In this document: positions 1 through 14,320 of the stretch, piece by piece
Position numbering within the stretch: the stretch's first letter is position 1
Layout of the letters: each line of letters begins with the position of its first letter
Assembly: GCA_964035545.1 (NCBI GenBank)
Contig: OZ037766.1
Location: 29,700,640 to 29,764,639 of the forward strand
Source of the DNA: Bugula neritina
Taxonomy: Eukaryota > Animalia > Bryozoa
DNA: 64,000 nucleotides
Reading direction: 5' to 3'
Made by a program: the position numbers and the translations under genes
The notes under the pieces: model-generated
Told to the model about the DNA's origin: nothing
Databases searched by the model: none
What the model saw: the letters and a program-made list of their open reading frames with translations, nothing else

Positions 1-1263
1 TAAAATTTCCTGCATAACACTTTGCTACTGCTCAGTCCTAACTAAAGCAGCTTTGAACATTGTTATAATAGCGAATTTTTTTGCTGTCAAAATTTATTAT
101 ACTTTAATTGGCTTATAACAACATTTAATAATTTTTGTTAGCCTATATAACTTTTAATAGTATGCATGGTATACAAATTATTATTATTATAATATAAATA
201 ATGGTAGTTTAATCATTAGCTCTTAAACTTTTACGTTCCAACTTTGTACTCCATAAAATTTTTTTGCTATCTGTATTAATTGTATATTAATTTATTAGGC
301 TCTTTAAAAAGTTACTAATTCGGCCAAAATTGCATTTAGTTATAGTGCATGTGCATATTGTGGACACTATGCTTGAAAAATTTCTTTGCATTATCACTAA
401 CATGCAATCTTGTACAGATAGCCTTACATTTAATGCATACATATAATTTTATTTTAATTTCTTATAAAAATAAGAGGAACATAATAAACTGAAGGAATAC
501 AAGAAGTAGCTGCTTCATATAAAAATAGTTTATTGATTCATCTAATAATTGATTTATGTGTATACATCATAAAAAGCACAACTGAACTTTATAGAAAAAT
601 ATTTTGATAGGAAAATACGCAAGTATAACATTATATAGGTTTATAAGTGTATGTAACAATATCATTATTTGATCGGCCAAATATGCTACTAATCTATTTG
701 AAAATAAACTCATTGTATTATGTGCTAAAGATGCACATAATTTCATAATCAAATATATCAGTATATTATATTTCTCTATTTTCAGGTAAATAACAACCAA
801 TATATATGATTTTTAATAGATAATAAAAAAATAAATTATATACCATATAGATATAATATAAAAAGAGTTTGCATGACAAACAAATAAAAACAATTGTTTA
901 CCTTATACTGTGTCGTAGCAACACCACAAAGAGATAAAAGCAAATTATACAAATCCCGGCAATGTGTACATAGTGTTATGCTGGTATGTAAACAGTATGG
1001 CATATCTACGCATACACCTGCATTTTGATTTGTAATTAACAGGAACTGCAAATATGGACATGATTCAAACTGCTTGTGTGATATAGTTTGTAAAAATAAT
1101 TGCATGGTGTGAGCATAGTCAACATCAAAAACCAGGTTACACAATAATACTATAGCACATACTAGAGTCTTTTGATGTTCAACTAAAGTGAAAAAAGGAC
1201 AAGTTGCAAGTAGATATACCTGTGCAACATGTACCTGTGCAACAGCACTTTCCCGCAACGAAT

Positions 1264-1407
1264 TGTTCTATAGGCAGCTCTAAGTTAGGGTTGATTAGGT
1301 ACAGTAGTTTGAGGTTCTCAAGTTTGGAGTTGCGTCCCCAACTCTCAACTTGACAAGCCTAAACTGCTGCACTCAGTCACCCCCAACTTAGAGCTGCTTA
1401 TAGAGCA
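1264..1407. mobile_element. Palindromic (fold-back) MITE-like element downstream of the PAQR stop codon
   Basis: Left arm TGTTCTATAGGCAGCTCTAAGTTAGGGTTGATT.. is the imperfect reverse complement of right arm ..AGTCACCCCCAACTTAGAGCTGCTTATAGAGCA. Pairing continues to a small central loop. No coding capacity. Confidence 0.6.
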
Positions 1408-1675
1408 TTTCTATCACGACAGAATAATAGCCTAATATCCAATATAGTAATAATGATTTTAATTGGTAAAAGTGTAGCAGTTTAAGTATCACTGCTAATT
1501 GCGAGTATACAGTTGGAGAGTAGACAACTCTAAATTGACTTAAACCATAAAGTATGTTACAACAAGCCTCTAGGTATCCGAGGTAGAAAGGATGTGGTCT
1601 GAAAATGTAAGTGAATAAATTTAAAAGAATTTTTACTAATAACTAAATACCTAAAATAGTTTGGATTCATGCAGT

Positions 1676-2704
1676 TTAGTTAGCCTTCTTAACACCATTG
1701 TACGCCATATTGTTGTGGGCGCTGTTGCCATTGCAGTAACGACGGTGGTGGTCCAAACCAGATGTTTTACCCCTTTGAACAGAATGCATTTTCCGGATGT
1801 AGTAGAGAGTTACCAAAGCTTTTGTGAGAGCTGCAAGAGACACTAGCAGGGTACAGTTTGGTATCTCAATGAAGGTGTGGCCAGATTCATAGTCAGCCAT
1901 CAGCCCTTTAAGCTTGAAATACGTTCCGAGAGCTACGAATACATGGAATATCTGATGGCTGTGGAAGTATACATTGAAATATCCCGGAAATGCAAGTTCA
2001 GGAAAATGGCTGCTGTAAAATCCAAAAGTGAAGACGGCATCAATAAAATGCCGGTAATAATGTACAGTCCCATCCTTAGCGTCATATTCCATAGTGACTC
2101 TGTAGAAAAGGGGGCTCATTGAAATTACATAGGAAAGGACAAATGGTAGCAGTCTCATAAGTTTACACGCCAGGCCGAACTTTGGAAATCGAGATTTACA
2201 AGCTAAGGAGACGGCGAGTAAAGTGCTAAGAAAATTTGCAGCAATAAAGGACTGTTCTACTCGAGTGGACCTCCAGCGGTCAGGGAAAGCATAGGACAGG
2301 TTGCTAATGGCAGTGACAAAGGCATACACGCATATGCCGTAGTAGTCTATCATAAAACCAACATGTTGAGAAAGTTCATTCATGGAGTTGAAGGTATGAG
2401 CAAGAACGCTGGTGGTTGAGTAGAGACAGGAAGATAGAAACATGAATAGTAGTGGACGAAGTGCAACATCGGTGAGCAAGTTGAGTGAAGAAGACGTATA
2501 GCACAAATAACCTAAGAAAAAAGCTAAAGCACCAAGATGTGTCCAGATGTTGAGAGTTTCATTGTGGAGCTCAAAGATGCTGACTAAACTCTCTTTCACG
2601 GAGATGCCCGGTTTTCGGTAGCCTCCAACAATCCCTGGTTCCCAAAAGAACTCTGGTATTTCTGTGCTAGTATACTTATGGGAGCGTCCTCGTTCACAGC
2701 CCAT
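1676..2704 (-). CDS. PAQR family (HlyIII/CREST) 7-TM protein, membrane progestin receptor-like, 342 aa, intronless CDS
   Basis: PAQR motifs present: EPGIVGGYR, HNETLNIWTH, SVLAHTF, DYYGI, FPE..FPG.F...HSHQIFH. Multiple hydrophobic segments. Confidence 0.93.
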   Translation of the reverse strand: MGCERGRSHKYTSTEIPEFFWEPGIVGGYRKPGISVKESLVSIFELHNETLNIWTHLGALAFFLGYLCYTSSSLNLLTDVALRPLLFMFLSSCLYSTTSVLAHTFNSMNELSQHVGFMIDYYGICVYAFVTAISNLSYAFPDRWRSTRVEQSFIAANFLSTLLAVSLACKSRFPKFGLACKLMRLLPFVLSYVISMSPLFYRVTMEYDAKDGTVHYYRHFIDAVFTFGFYSSHFPELAFPGYFNVYFHSHQIFHVFVALGTYFKLKGLMADYESGHTFIEIPNCTLLVSLAALTKALVTLYYIRKMHSVQRGKTSGLDHHRRYCNGNSAHNNMAYNGVKKAN

Positions 2705-5700
2705 CTTTATGATTATTCACTAAAGAGCCTTAGTCTATAGTTCATGACATAGAGATGTCTTTCTTCTAAATATTTCTACAACATATATTATGGCAACAAT
2801 TACATAATGCCACCATGCAGTGCAAGATTCGTGATGGAAAGTTTTACATTGGCTATGCAACCTAAATAGTACAGCAGACAGCATTTTCTAATGAACCCTT
2901 AATAAGTTCAACATAATGGCACATAGTGATGAATTTTAATATAAGCATATTGTTATAGTATATTAAGTACTACCAAAATAAAGCCATAATTGCTACATGC
3001 AGAAAAGTTGCCATTTTTCAGCAAAATAAATTAAACAAATGTGGATATGGTTACATGAGGAAATAAAATCTTGTGTATATAAAGTATATTATTAAATATT
3101 CTATAATGAGTTGCATTACTGTAGTTTGCATATTCTTATAATAAATTTTATTACACATGGTGCACCATATTGCCATAACAATGACATATTTCTGCATCAT
3201 ACATATCAAATTTCAATAATCCTATTGCTATAAATGCATGTGCACAACTTTCCAAGTTATGCAATAAAATGACATTTAGTTGTAACATAGAATGTGTACT
3301 GTAAAACTAATAAACGCTCAACACTAAACACTAAACACTAAACATATACCAGCATAATTTTAAACTTGATGAAGGTATGCATGCATTTAAATTATTTATA
3401 TCTATCAGAAAACTTGCTAGTACACACATAGAGCCATGCATATGCTTCTAATATGTTATTTATCTTATTTTATTATAAAAAAAATTAATCAAATAATCAA
3501 TATTTACTTAATTAGTGTAAACATGGTACAAGAAGATAATATTTAATAGCAAATCCAGAAATTAATAAGATTCTATAAAATGTTAGGTATAGCAGCTGTT
3601 AGCTGTTGCAGTTCAAATTTACACAGTTTCATCTGGTTCTAGTTGAAACATAACTGGCTATTTACTTTAAAGTCTGAACCGAGAGTTTTCCAAAAGTGAA
3701 GCTCAATCAAATTTGAAGAAATGAATCCTCAGTAGCATATCTATACAGCTGAGATTGGAGGCAATAAAATAATCATGTTTTTATTGTGCTATGGAATTCT
3801 TAGCTGATAGAGCAACTGTTGCATGAATGAAATAACAGCAGGCAGACAAGCTCTTAACATAAACAGACAGTTTATGTTGGGTCTACACTATAGAGTCTCG
3901 CAAATATTACTTGCAATATTAAGAGAATTTAGTCTCCTTCATAAAATAACTTGTGCAAAACCAGGCACATTGCAGTGTCTGATATAATTACTAGCTGTTT
4001 AGTGTGTTGGTGAAATATACTTGTTTACAAATAAAATTGCTCACAGTTCTATTGCTGTATTTTCTTGCATCAAATAAAGAATTAAATAGATGTCATCACA
4101 CTAAAAGATTACTGCTAAGGAATTTCCATAAATCATTGTCAAACAGATATACAATTATATACACATGCTGATACTATCACTGCATTTTCATTACTTTGCA
4201 TTATATGCAAATGGATGCTTGTGCATTGAAATAGTTGTGGTGGTTTCATGTTTGATGCAACTGTTTCCAAACATCAAATGAAAAATCCGCTTGATGTATG
4301 TTATATTTCTGATGTTATGTCACAATATCTCTCATTCAGATACTAAATGTTGGTTTTGAACAATTGTTAAAAAACTTTCCTTTTGATGGAATTATGAAAA
4401 TTTATTTTTTATAATAGCAGCTGCTAGTCTTGAAGTCCCCAGAGATTTTTACCTATCACGAAAGTGCAACTATACCAATAACATTATGTTAGTAAATTGC
4501 TACTATAACAAGTGATTTATAATATATAAATAATAACTATAATATAAATATATTCATGCATACTTGCAACATTATTCATACTCTAAAGTATCAGGTATAG
4601 GGATCAATTAAGGAAATACAATCACGTGATGTAGTACAGCCTAGCTATAAGGTAGCATATTTTACATTTACAAGTCATAAAACACTTGATGCGTAACCAG
4701 AAGCAATGCATAATCTCATATTACATGTCTATCACAGCTTACTATGTGCACTATGTATACTATGCATACAATGTATAGTACAGTGTACACAATAGATAGA
4801 ATGTATATGATGCACATTAGGAGAAGATAATGAGATTATGAAATGAGCAAAGAAGCATTTGATTGCAATAGACATGTTTGATATATGTTTAGTATAATTA
4901 TAGTGGCCTTTAATTAGTCTAGCAGCTATTGCTATTACTATTACAAAATGTTTTCTGAGAAGTTTGGCAGAGGATAAAATACTGGTCTTTTTGTTGAGAT
5001 GCACTAAAGATTGATGACTGTGTATATGATATGGCTTCTTCAGCTAGAAGCTTTAAAGAGACCACCCGAGTTATTTAGGTCACACTGGGTGGTCTTTTCA
5101 CTTAACAGAGCTTCATTTATCTAGACATGATCTTTACCAAAACAAAGCTCGGCTAATGTATTAGAGGGTATCCCCAAATGCAGTAGTTGCTGACAAGACC
5201 AGCTGCTTCTAGTAAAACTCAAAACTTATTTCGATATATATGGCCAATTATTTGTTTTTAGAAAGTGTATTAAAACACCAAATAAACTCCCAGATAAAAT
5301 TGAGAAGGATATGCTACGGTTTGGTATCTGTTTACACACGTTTTTATCAGAAGACCTCACAAGGATAAGGGGAATATAAGCTCACTAAGTTTCTTTTAAA
5401 CAATTTTCTATAACAAGGAGGTAAAAATGCTTTTCCTTCAACTTTCTTTGACTAAGTAACTTTTATAGTTCAATATTTGATAAGCAATTAGTAGAAGCCC
5501 ATTGGTTGGTTGGTTCTATAAGACCTAATAACAGGGGTGGTAATTTACTGTTGTGTCATATAAATTAGCAAACAAAAGGCTTTAAACAAAAAGATGGTAT
5601 TTTAAAGAAACAAAGTATAATGATGTAAATATTGAATATTGTTTTGGAAATGATAAATATTCTTAGGTTCTTGATGGTGTTATCCCCACTTACCTGTACA

Positions 5701-6973
5701 TCTAAGACGGCAAGTGTTTAGTTTAATAGTATTCCCCTTCTGTGCCTAAGATACAGTGACTAAACAGTTGTGACTATGTAGCATTAACTAATTCACAGTT
5801 CACAGAACCATCACTTACTCAAGCTGTTAACTATTTCACTAAAGATGAAGCACTGCTATGTCTAACGAGGTCCACATAACATATAGCACTGGGTATTCAA
5901 AGGAAATAGAGCGTTACATACTGTACTGCATACATTTTCATTTCCATTCATCTATATAAAATAATTTATTTATGGCCAGTGATTTGCTAAACACAATGCC
6001 CTAAGCCTTTATGCAAATGCAACCTGCATACTTTTTATTCATATCATAATTTGTTGTGCTGTAAATAGTTACGGAACAATGGATACTATACTACGTTAGA
6101 TTAGTAATTCAGTGTGTTGATCTTACCACCTAACAACCGATATGCAAGCCTTACTAAAGATACAAGTGATACATGTTAGCTATACACCTTTAGTCTAGGT
6201 TCATTGTTTTATAGTGTAATAAACTACTTGGCTAAGTTATTAGCAGCAGGCACTAAAGCAATATATCATGAATATCATTTCAAACTGTTGCCATCTAATG
6301 ATAATTATTACCAAACTGCTCCTGCCAGTATAGCTTATGTCATATGGAACTCAGTAATGCTGTAGTTTATATTTATGTAGTTGTCTTTTCCGTGTAAAAA
6401 ACAGGTGAGGCATACCTTAGTTATAAATTCTACTATATAACGGCGAAGCAAATTTTTACATATCAATTAAATTGTACTTTAAAATATTATAATAAAGTAC
6501 AAATGACTTCTGAAAGTGAAATTAGAAAAATATTTTTTTGCAGTTTTGTGTGCTTAATTAAAACAGTTTGCATTTAGCTGCCATCATTCAAGGAAAGTTG
6601 CCAACTCTTTTAGTGCAAAAATGTGGTAATTTTAATGCCCAGTTTTAGCTTCACAATTGCTGTGGTTAATATTATACTGACAGATGAACTAAAGAGTTTA
6701 AATGTATATAATTACTACATGTATATGCAGTTTCTACGCCATCTTTTACAATATTGTCATGATTTTAGTATGATATTCTACTAATCGTTACATTGCAGAA
6801 GAGAGCAGAAGAGATATTCCACAAGAGTGGGTATAGGAAGAAAGAAGGCAATTACTAAATTTAATAAATCAACTTTTAAAAAACTCATTTGAATTGATTG
6901 AAAAAATAAAAACAGCTGCTAGGCAAATAAGTTGAAGCCAATATTTTATTTTTTCCCAAAAATTCATTTGAAG

Positions 6974-9900
6974 CTAAATTTTGTTGCTGCATGAACTATA
7001 AATTTCTTCTCTCAGTTCCTTTACAGCCTGCATCATATTAGACAGCTTCTGATGCAGGCAATCCTTTGGAAGAAGACCTAGCCCACAATCTGGGGCTAAG
7101 ATTAGTCTATCTCCTGGCATATAGTTCAATGCTTCTCTAATACGCTCCTGTAAAGCCAAAAAGATAAGATGTATAAATATAAAGTATATCAATAAGAGAA
7201 AATTTATCAGAGTTATCTTCTCTATAAATGATGACATCTTAAAAATATTTCTCATTATAGGCCTTCATATGTATATGAGCAAAGTTATTGCATGCATACT
7301 GATGATTATATACTTCAAATTATGTATGAAGATACCATAGAATACTTTAATCTAATAAATATCACATAATATATTAACATAATACAACATAAAATAGCAA
7401 AATATAGTTAATATTTTTGTTTAAGCTGTGGAAATAATTTTAGAAACAATTTTGAGCTTTGAAGCCCAAGTTGCATTATTTTCTTTACATATATCTGAAA
7501 CTATTTAATAGATATAATAAAACTATTGTACCTTAAAATTTATCTCTATGTGCTATGTAATATATTATATTGAATTATAATATAAATTCACCTTAATATA
7601 AGGTACGCTCTCCACTGCCGATTTACAAACAGCTATCACACCCAACATGATTCTTGTGTCTTTGTACCTGCACATGAGCATATCCCGTGTTAATTATAAT
7701 TAATTATTGAATTGATGTGATAACATTATTCCATGCTCCACCATATAGACAGGTTGGTTAATAGACATTGAAGTTGAAAAATTACGGCTGTATAATTTTT
7801 ATAAATCATATACAGTACATTCACAAATATATTTTATGACTTCAAAATTCAAATTGATTAGCCTATACAGCAATTCAGCACTCCTATGAAATTGATTGAA
7901 TTATTTCTAAAATATGTATTGACTAATTCAATTGACCTTGACAAGACCTCAAGGTCAAGGTCACAGTGAGCTCCTTCTATGGATATAGCAGAGGCTCCCA
8001 TCTTGTCAAGTTTCTCGGCTAGGGTCGTGTAGATGTTAGGGTTTGCATTTACATAGTCGGTCTGGTCAAGATACACTGGATATCCGCAGCAGATGTGAAC
8101 AGTGCTACAGAATATACAGTATAGTAATACAGAATACACAGGACAGTATTACAGAACATACAGTATAGTATTACAAAATATACAAGGCAGAAAATATTCA
8201 TAATAGTATATATAAACCTGAATACATCCTTTGGCATAGTCTTTAATACCGAAGAGAGAATTTCTATTCCATATTCCAAAGCTTCAGAGGGTTTCCTTGC
8301 AAAAACTGGCTCATCAATCTGAATGAACTTACAGCCTCTCTTTACCAACTCTGAAATTTCTGTCTTCAGGCATTCGGCCAGATTCAAACAAGACTCTTTT
8401 TCAGTCTCAAAATATCTGCCAAAAAAAGAAAACATTAAATTAAAATCTTTATGACTAATAGTTTTGCCATTTTTCAAAATACTCAAATATTATATTTACA
8501 TTAGTTAGTACACTGACTGCCCTCCATCTGGTTACAGTGGAATGACGATCACTGTACCTGGAAGCTAGCTATTATAGCTCCCCAGACACAATGAATGAAA
8601 CCAATGCAGATGTTGCGCAAAAGCAGCCAGTAGAAAAAATTCCTCTCAGGCTTTTTATTGCATTTACCTGGTCAGCTGATGAAATATTTTAGAGGATAAA
8701 TCAATGTAATTGGTTTGGTTACAGCCATGCAAATATAATTTTGACTTTTTTTACCAGCTAATTGATTTTAATTTTCAGTTTATATAATTAGCTATAAGCT
8801 GACTTTTTTAATCTAAATATGTATGTCACCAGCAGCTATTTGCAAGTCCTGATGTACACTGGATTCAACTACGGAAAGTTAGAAAGTTACATCTTGAGTT
8901 TTATCTTAATTCCATTAGGCAATAAATATTTTAGTCTTCAATAAGTGTGTTCATGTAGCTTATAGTTGAACTCATATCATCTTCTGCTGGTAGTGTGACA
9001 GCTATTTTGATTGGTTAAATTACATTGTGTGAACCTATCATACCTTCTGCCAGTAGTGTTGGTGATTGTCATTGGTCCAGGTATGGTGACTTTCACTGGT
9101 GTATCAGTCAGCTTCTGGCAATTCTCCCAAATGTCTGCTACAAACCCAACCTTTTCTTCCTTCACTTTGACAGGACCTGGTGCAACCAATAACAGTACAG
9201 GAAATAATTTATAATGTCATTTTGAAATTGGAAGCATTTAGGTTCTAACTAATATGGTTAAGTTTCGTCAAAAGAAGTTGCCTTTTTCATTGATTTTTTT
9301 CTTTGTAAAACAGTATTTTACCTAAATTATCATTCTTCCAATTTTTTTACCTTATAATTTATTTCAACATGCAATTTGGGTTTGAAACAAAACATAAACA
9401 AACATATATATGCATAATGCTATTAATAACGGTAATTTAGTCCAAACATTATAAATAAGTATACAATGTATCAATATTTAAACTTGAAGATTTTCAAGAT
9501 CGTTATTTGATTAGTTAAAATTTATTTGTTTTATATTTTAAATGTCAGTTGTAAATTCAGCTGTTCACAGCAACACCATAATATAACGGATCAAAGTTTT
9601 ATTTGAACGCAGACTATGTTACTAAAATTTATTAATTGGCTGCAAAATTTTAACAAAGTTGTGAGTAAAATTTGTCAATTAGTCAGTCAGTTGTTAGACA
9701 TTATTAAAAGATAAAACCTCTATAGATATTGTGGTAAAAGTGTGGTATTGTGATTCCACAGTAGCTCCCTGCATAGTTTAATGTGGGTATAGCACTTGCG
9801 AGTTTGAAGACTGCTGAATCGATTCGTGGTGAGGACATTTCCTTTACAATAGAGTTTCTGTTATTTGGTTCCATTTTACTAAATTAATTCTTGGTTGCAC

Positions 9901-10817
9901 TTGGCCATGTTATATATTTATATATACCTGTGATCAGTGGTAGTACCCCTTTACGTGCTCCATTTCTGTAAGTGATTGTCTCAGCATTACTAAAGTCTAC
10001 ATTTTCACAGTGACGTAGAAAGTGGAAGACGTAAGTATCTCTGTAGATTTCTCCGTCAGTGATTACATCTATCTCATAAGACACTTGCTTGTCTATCGTC
10101 TGCAACGACAATAACCATTATAACCTAAATTAGTTAAGTGTATGCTCATGGCATGATTTGAGGGAAATTTCTAGAAAAATAGAAGCGGTTAACATACAGA
10201 TATGTTTTGTTTTGACTAGTCTAATACATTTGAGTAAATTTTTGCATAATATAATACAGTGAGCAAAACCTGAAAGAGACTGATTGGTCCTCAATAACAT
10301 GAGTTAAATTTGGAATTGAATCTAGCCACGACTTGGAGCAGTTGTAGTAAAACAAAGCATTCAAACTCACTGGTGCTTTTGATGCTCAAAATTATAAAAC
10401 TGTGCTCTTTTTATTCAACATAGTTTGGCAATATGGTAATCAATGTGAGATTACAATCATAAGAATTACTTCTAACACCACTTACAGTATAAAATATAGT
10501 ATGGTTTGAGCTTCAATGGCTTTTTACTAGATTAAGAAAAACAATATTTACCTTTTTCACGTGGTTTAAAAAGATTTTTCCCATGCTAATATAGGTATTT
10601 ACAGCCTATAGCATTTGTGGTTATAAATCACCTCTTGCTGTGCCTTTTCCATGACTCGGCTGAGTTCTTCTTTCTCCAACTTAGAAAGGCTGTTCATATA
10701 TTCCTCATAAAGTATTGTGGTAAACTGGCCTTTGCCCTCTCTGTACCAGACAGGTGTAGGAAGGTACTCTGGTTTGGGATATACCCCTACCACTGATGTA
10801 GCTAAGTACTTGTCCAT
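6974..10817 (-). CDS. Single-domain MetE-like (cobalamin-independent methionine synthase catalytic domain) protein, copy A, 368 aa
   Basis: Seven in-frame GT-AG exons: 10817-10632, 10099-9928, 9176-9044, 8415-8218, 8104-7937, 7667-7592, 7147-6974. Motifs: TSVVGVYPKP, DVITDGEIYR, KVTIPGPMT, IQIDEP, VHICCGY (Zn HxC), ISIE, LAPDCGLG. Confidence 0.93.
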
Positions 10818-13102
10818 CTTATCTACGGCGGTGAAAGATTTGAAGTTAGTGCCTGAAGTATTGGTTTGAATAGACCACAGGCAAACTAAAAGATCAAGTA
10901 AATGCAGCTATAATGCTATAGATGCAGCTATTCATTCATGCAGCTCTTTGTGTGTCTTTATATAAAGCAGCTTACAACAATGCGTGATAATAGTTCGTAC
11001 AAACCATTCTGATCAAATAACATTCATAACCAATGATTTCAATGCCACATAAAAAAAATCCATGGGTCTTGTGATTAATGGAACCATCATGTTGATTGGA
11101 TTGAATCTAACTAGTTTTTGGCTTTATCTGATTTTAATTAATTAAAATTAATTGGATTAAAATAAATTGCAATAAAATAGCCAGGTGTCAAAAAAAACTG
11201 TTTTACTTATCTCAATAGTAGTAAGACTTGTAATATACTTTATTCTAAAGCTAAAAGGCTTCATTTAATCTATCTTATTCAGCTGACTGAAACTATAACC
11301 AACAACCTGAAGAATATCAATACACTATTAAATTAAACTAAAGTTTAAGATGTTAATGATTTTAAATACAATTTATTTAAATCTACCAAACATGCTAGTT
11401 TTATGTCAGCTATTGTATCTAATATTTGAATAGTAAATCAGCATTCTTTTATCCATTAGTGAAAACAAACAACATGAATAAATAGTAAAATATATTTGAA
11501 CTAAAACACTGCATATCACACCCTTAAAATATACAATATTCATAATGCTTTAAAGTTTTTTTTACATTGTTTTTCTATATAACCCATTCTGTTTGTTTTA
11601 AATCAACAGCACATATAGGGTAATACGCAATACCAACAGTTTCAGGGATATCAAACTGATGAAAAAAGAATTAAAATTTCAGCAGCTTAGGCTTACCCTT
11701 ACTCTCTGAGTACAACCATGCAAGAGTGTGCGAGTAGCAGTGTGGTGTTGCTTGAGATTTTTGTAACTTTTAATGTAACTCAACTGCTACATTGCCGATA
11801 GAAGGTATGCAATAATCTGTATCAAAATCTCATGCAGATTCAATCAATATCCATCTATATGACGTAAGAGTCATCCAAGACATAGTAAACGGTGTTTTTC
11901 CGGTCAAGTACACAATACTTGAGATAAATTTTTCTAACTACACATATAACAGCTGTCAATATGCACATGCTGATAACATTTGAGAGGTGTGATCTGTGCG
12001 TGTTTTACAGGCATGGGCCCTAGCCTTCTGCAAACCCCTTTTTACTCCGGATGTAACTATAAATCAATAAATGCTGCAAAGATTCAAGGCTTTAAATTTG
12101 AAACAAAAGAGAAGCCAAACTATAGGCACTACCGTAGCTACTTGTTATTTATAGCATACCAACGCCTATGAGCCGTTTTTAAAAGTATCTTATAATTCGA
12201 GCATAATATTAAGATCTTATACCCAATAAGATAGTAGAAAATTATATGTAACTTAATAGAACCCAAGTAGAAGTGTTGGGAAAGTTTCATGCAGCTAAAA
12301 AGCAAGCTGTTGTTTTATTAACAAAGCTGCTATATTTACACTTGCTAAGGCTAAGGCATTCAGACAGAAAAGCGCTACATATTAGAGTACCGCTGTAAGG
12401 GCCAATGTGCTTACTGTAGCAGTGCAGTATGCAAACATAAAGATATACAATAAAGCTTGTTTGAGTCAGAGGCTTTGTAGAAATGCTCTATCAGTATTCA
12501 AGTATGGCATATGTATTAATCAATACAGATGCTAGCATACAAACGAGTATGGTCTAATAATACGATATAGTGCATGATATATATGTATATAGATTTATGG
12601 CGTGATTGGTCAATTGTCATGCTGATAATATATTAGGTTAGTCTAGAATAAAACAATATTGAATTGCTGAAAATTGTGCTCAAGTTTTCTTTTAGAGACA
12701 GCTTCATATAAGTTACTGTTATTTTGTCTTGTGCAGCTGACAATTTGACAAACAGAACAAACTTATTGAAGTGAATGAATTTTTGCCCAACACTCATATT
12801 ATAAATATTTAAACACTAATACATCAAAGCTTTTTGCCTATGTTTCATCATCAAATTTGCCAGCAGTGTTTGGGCTGGTTTATGATCTGTAGTGTCATCA
12901 CTCTAGTTAACAGTTGACACCTCCTTTGGTTCGCATTCCAGCCTTGAGGCTAAGTTAGATACAAGCCTAACTTTAGCTCAGTGACTTATATTCCTTACCT
13001 AAAGTAACTCTACTTGGCTACAAGCAGATATTTGTTGGTTAAACTGCTTTTAGCTGCCTATACACAATTTTTAGCAGCTGTTTTGTTTAATCCAATAAGA
13101 TT

Positions 13103-13119
13103 ACAAAACAGCTTTGCAG

Positions 13120-13191
<72 letters not shown>
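13103..13191. repeat. (TA)n microsatellite
   Basis: Nearly perfect TA run. Confidence 0.95.
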
Positions 13192-13192
<1 letters not shown>

Positions 13193-14320
13193 ACGTATTT
13201 AATGGTTTTATCATATACAAAAATGCTATAATATGCTATTTTTAAGGAATTATTGTATCATTATGTCTATTTATATAGACTTGTTTTTGGCAGGTTCAAA
13301 TATTGAAAAACATTGAAATATATGTGAAATGAGCAACATTGTTTTGAAATAAATCTTGATTAAATTTGTCACATTTGTTACACAAAATACACACCTGGAA
13401 ATTTAAATTGTTTAGTTAAGATATTTTGTTGAAAAAACATAAGCTTGTGAGAAGGCAACGTCTATATTGACATAATTCATTGAATGTAGAGGCTGCAGCA
13501 CAACTATTTAGAATTACATATTGGATACAAGAATAAGCTAAATAATTTAAAACTCATCAATTAGTTTGTGAGTTTGTTGGCTGCTACCAAATATTTACAA
13601 GTATAGGAAAGTAACTTGCAGCCTTGCATGCTTGTGAAAGATTGTTTGTTTAAACTTTAAAGTAAGAACTTTCTTTGTATATTAATGAAGCTGCGAAACT
13701 GATTAGTTTTCTATAATTTCTGAAACTGCCAGAAAACCAGATTGAGTGTCAACTTTAGCTAAGCCATAATTATACAAAATATAAGCGATACACATAATGC
13801 ATATATTATTTATACACTGTAGCAAATCGTTTGTTTCTAAATTTGTTATTAATTTCTAAATTAATTTATTTTTAATAAGCCTGATAATTCACATAAAAAT
13901 ACAATTGACATTAGTGATGACAAAGCAATTTTGCATGCAAGGTAAGAATCAAAATAAAAGTTTCAATAAAGATAACTTTGCACTGTGTATAAGCACTAGA
14001 CATTTATAACAACCATGTCCCAATGTTCAAAGTGTAATAAAATTTTCAGTTTTTTAAATTGGTGTAGTAGCAATAGCATTAAGGCACAACCTTTATGTGC
14101 GAATTATAGGATGATAGCTGTGAAAAAATTAAATTGAATTTTAAACTTTATGTTTGTGGCCAAAGTCTGGAGAGACTTATGATCACTGACTTAAGCTAAC
14201 ATACTGATAGTTACAAACAAGCCTAGTTATTGTGGTTTAGAAAGGCAGTTGAATCAGCATGAAAAAATTTATAGTTTGATGATAATATTACAGATGTTTT
14301 TCTCAATTTGAGATGCGTAT

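Noticed and set aside
567-1258. ORFs 567-800 and 836-1258
   Set aside because: Non-ATG starts, AT-rich composition and no motifs; probably 3' UTR or intergenic.
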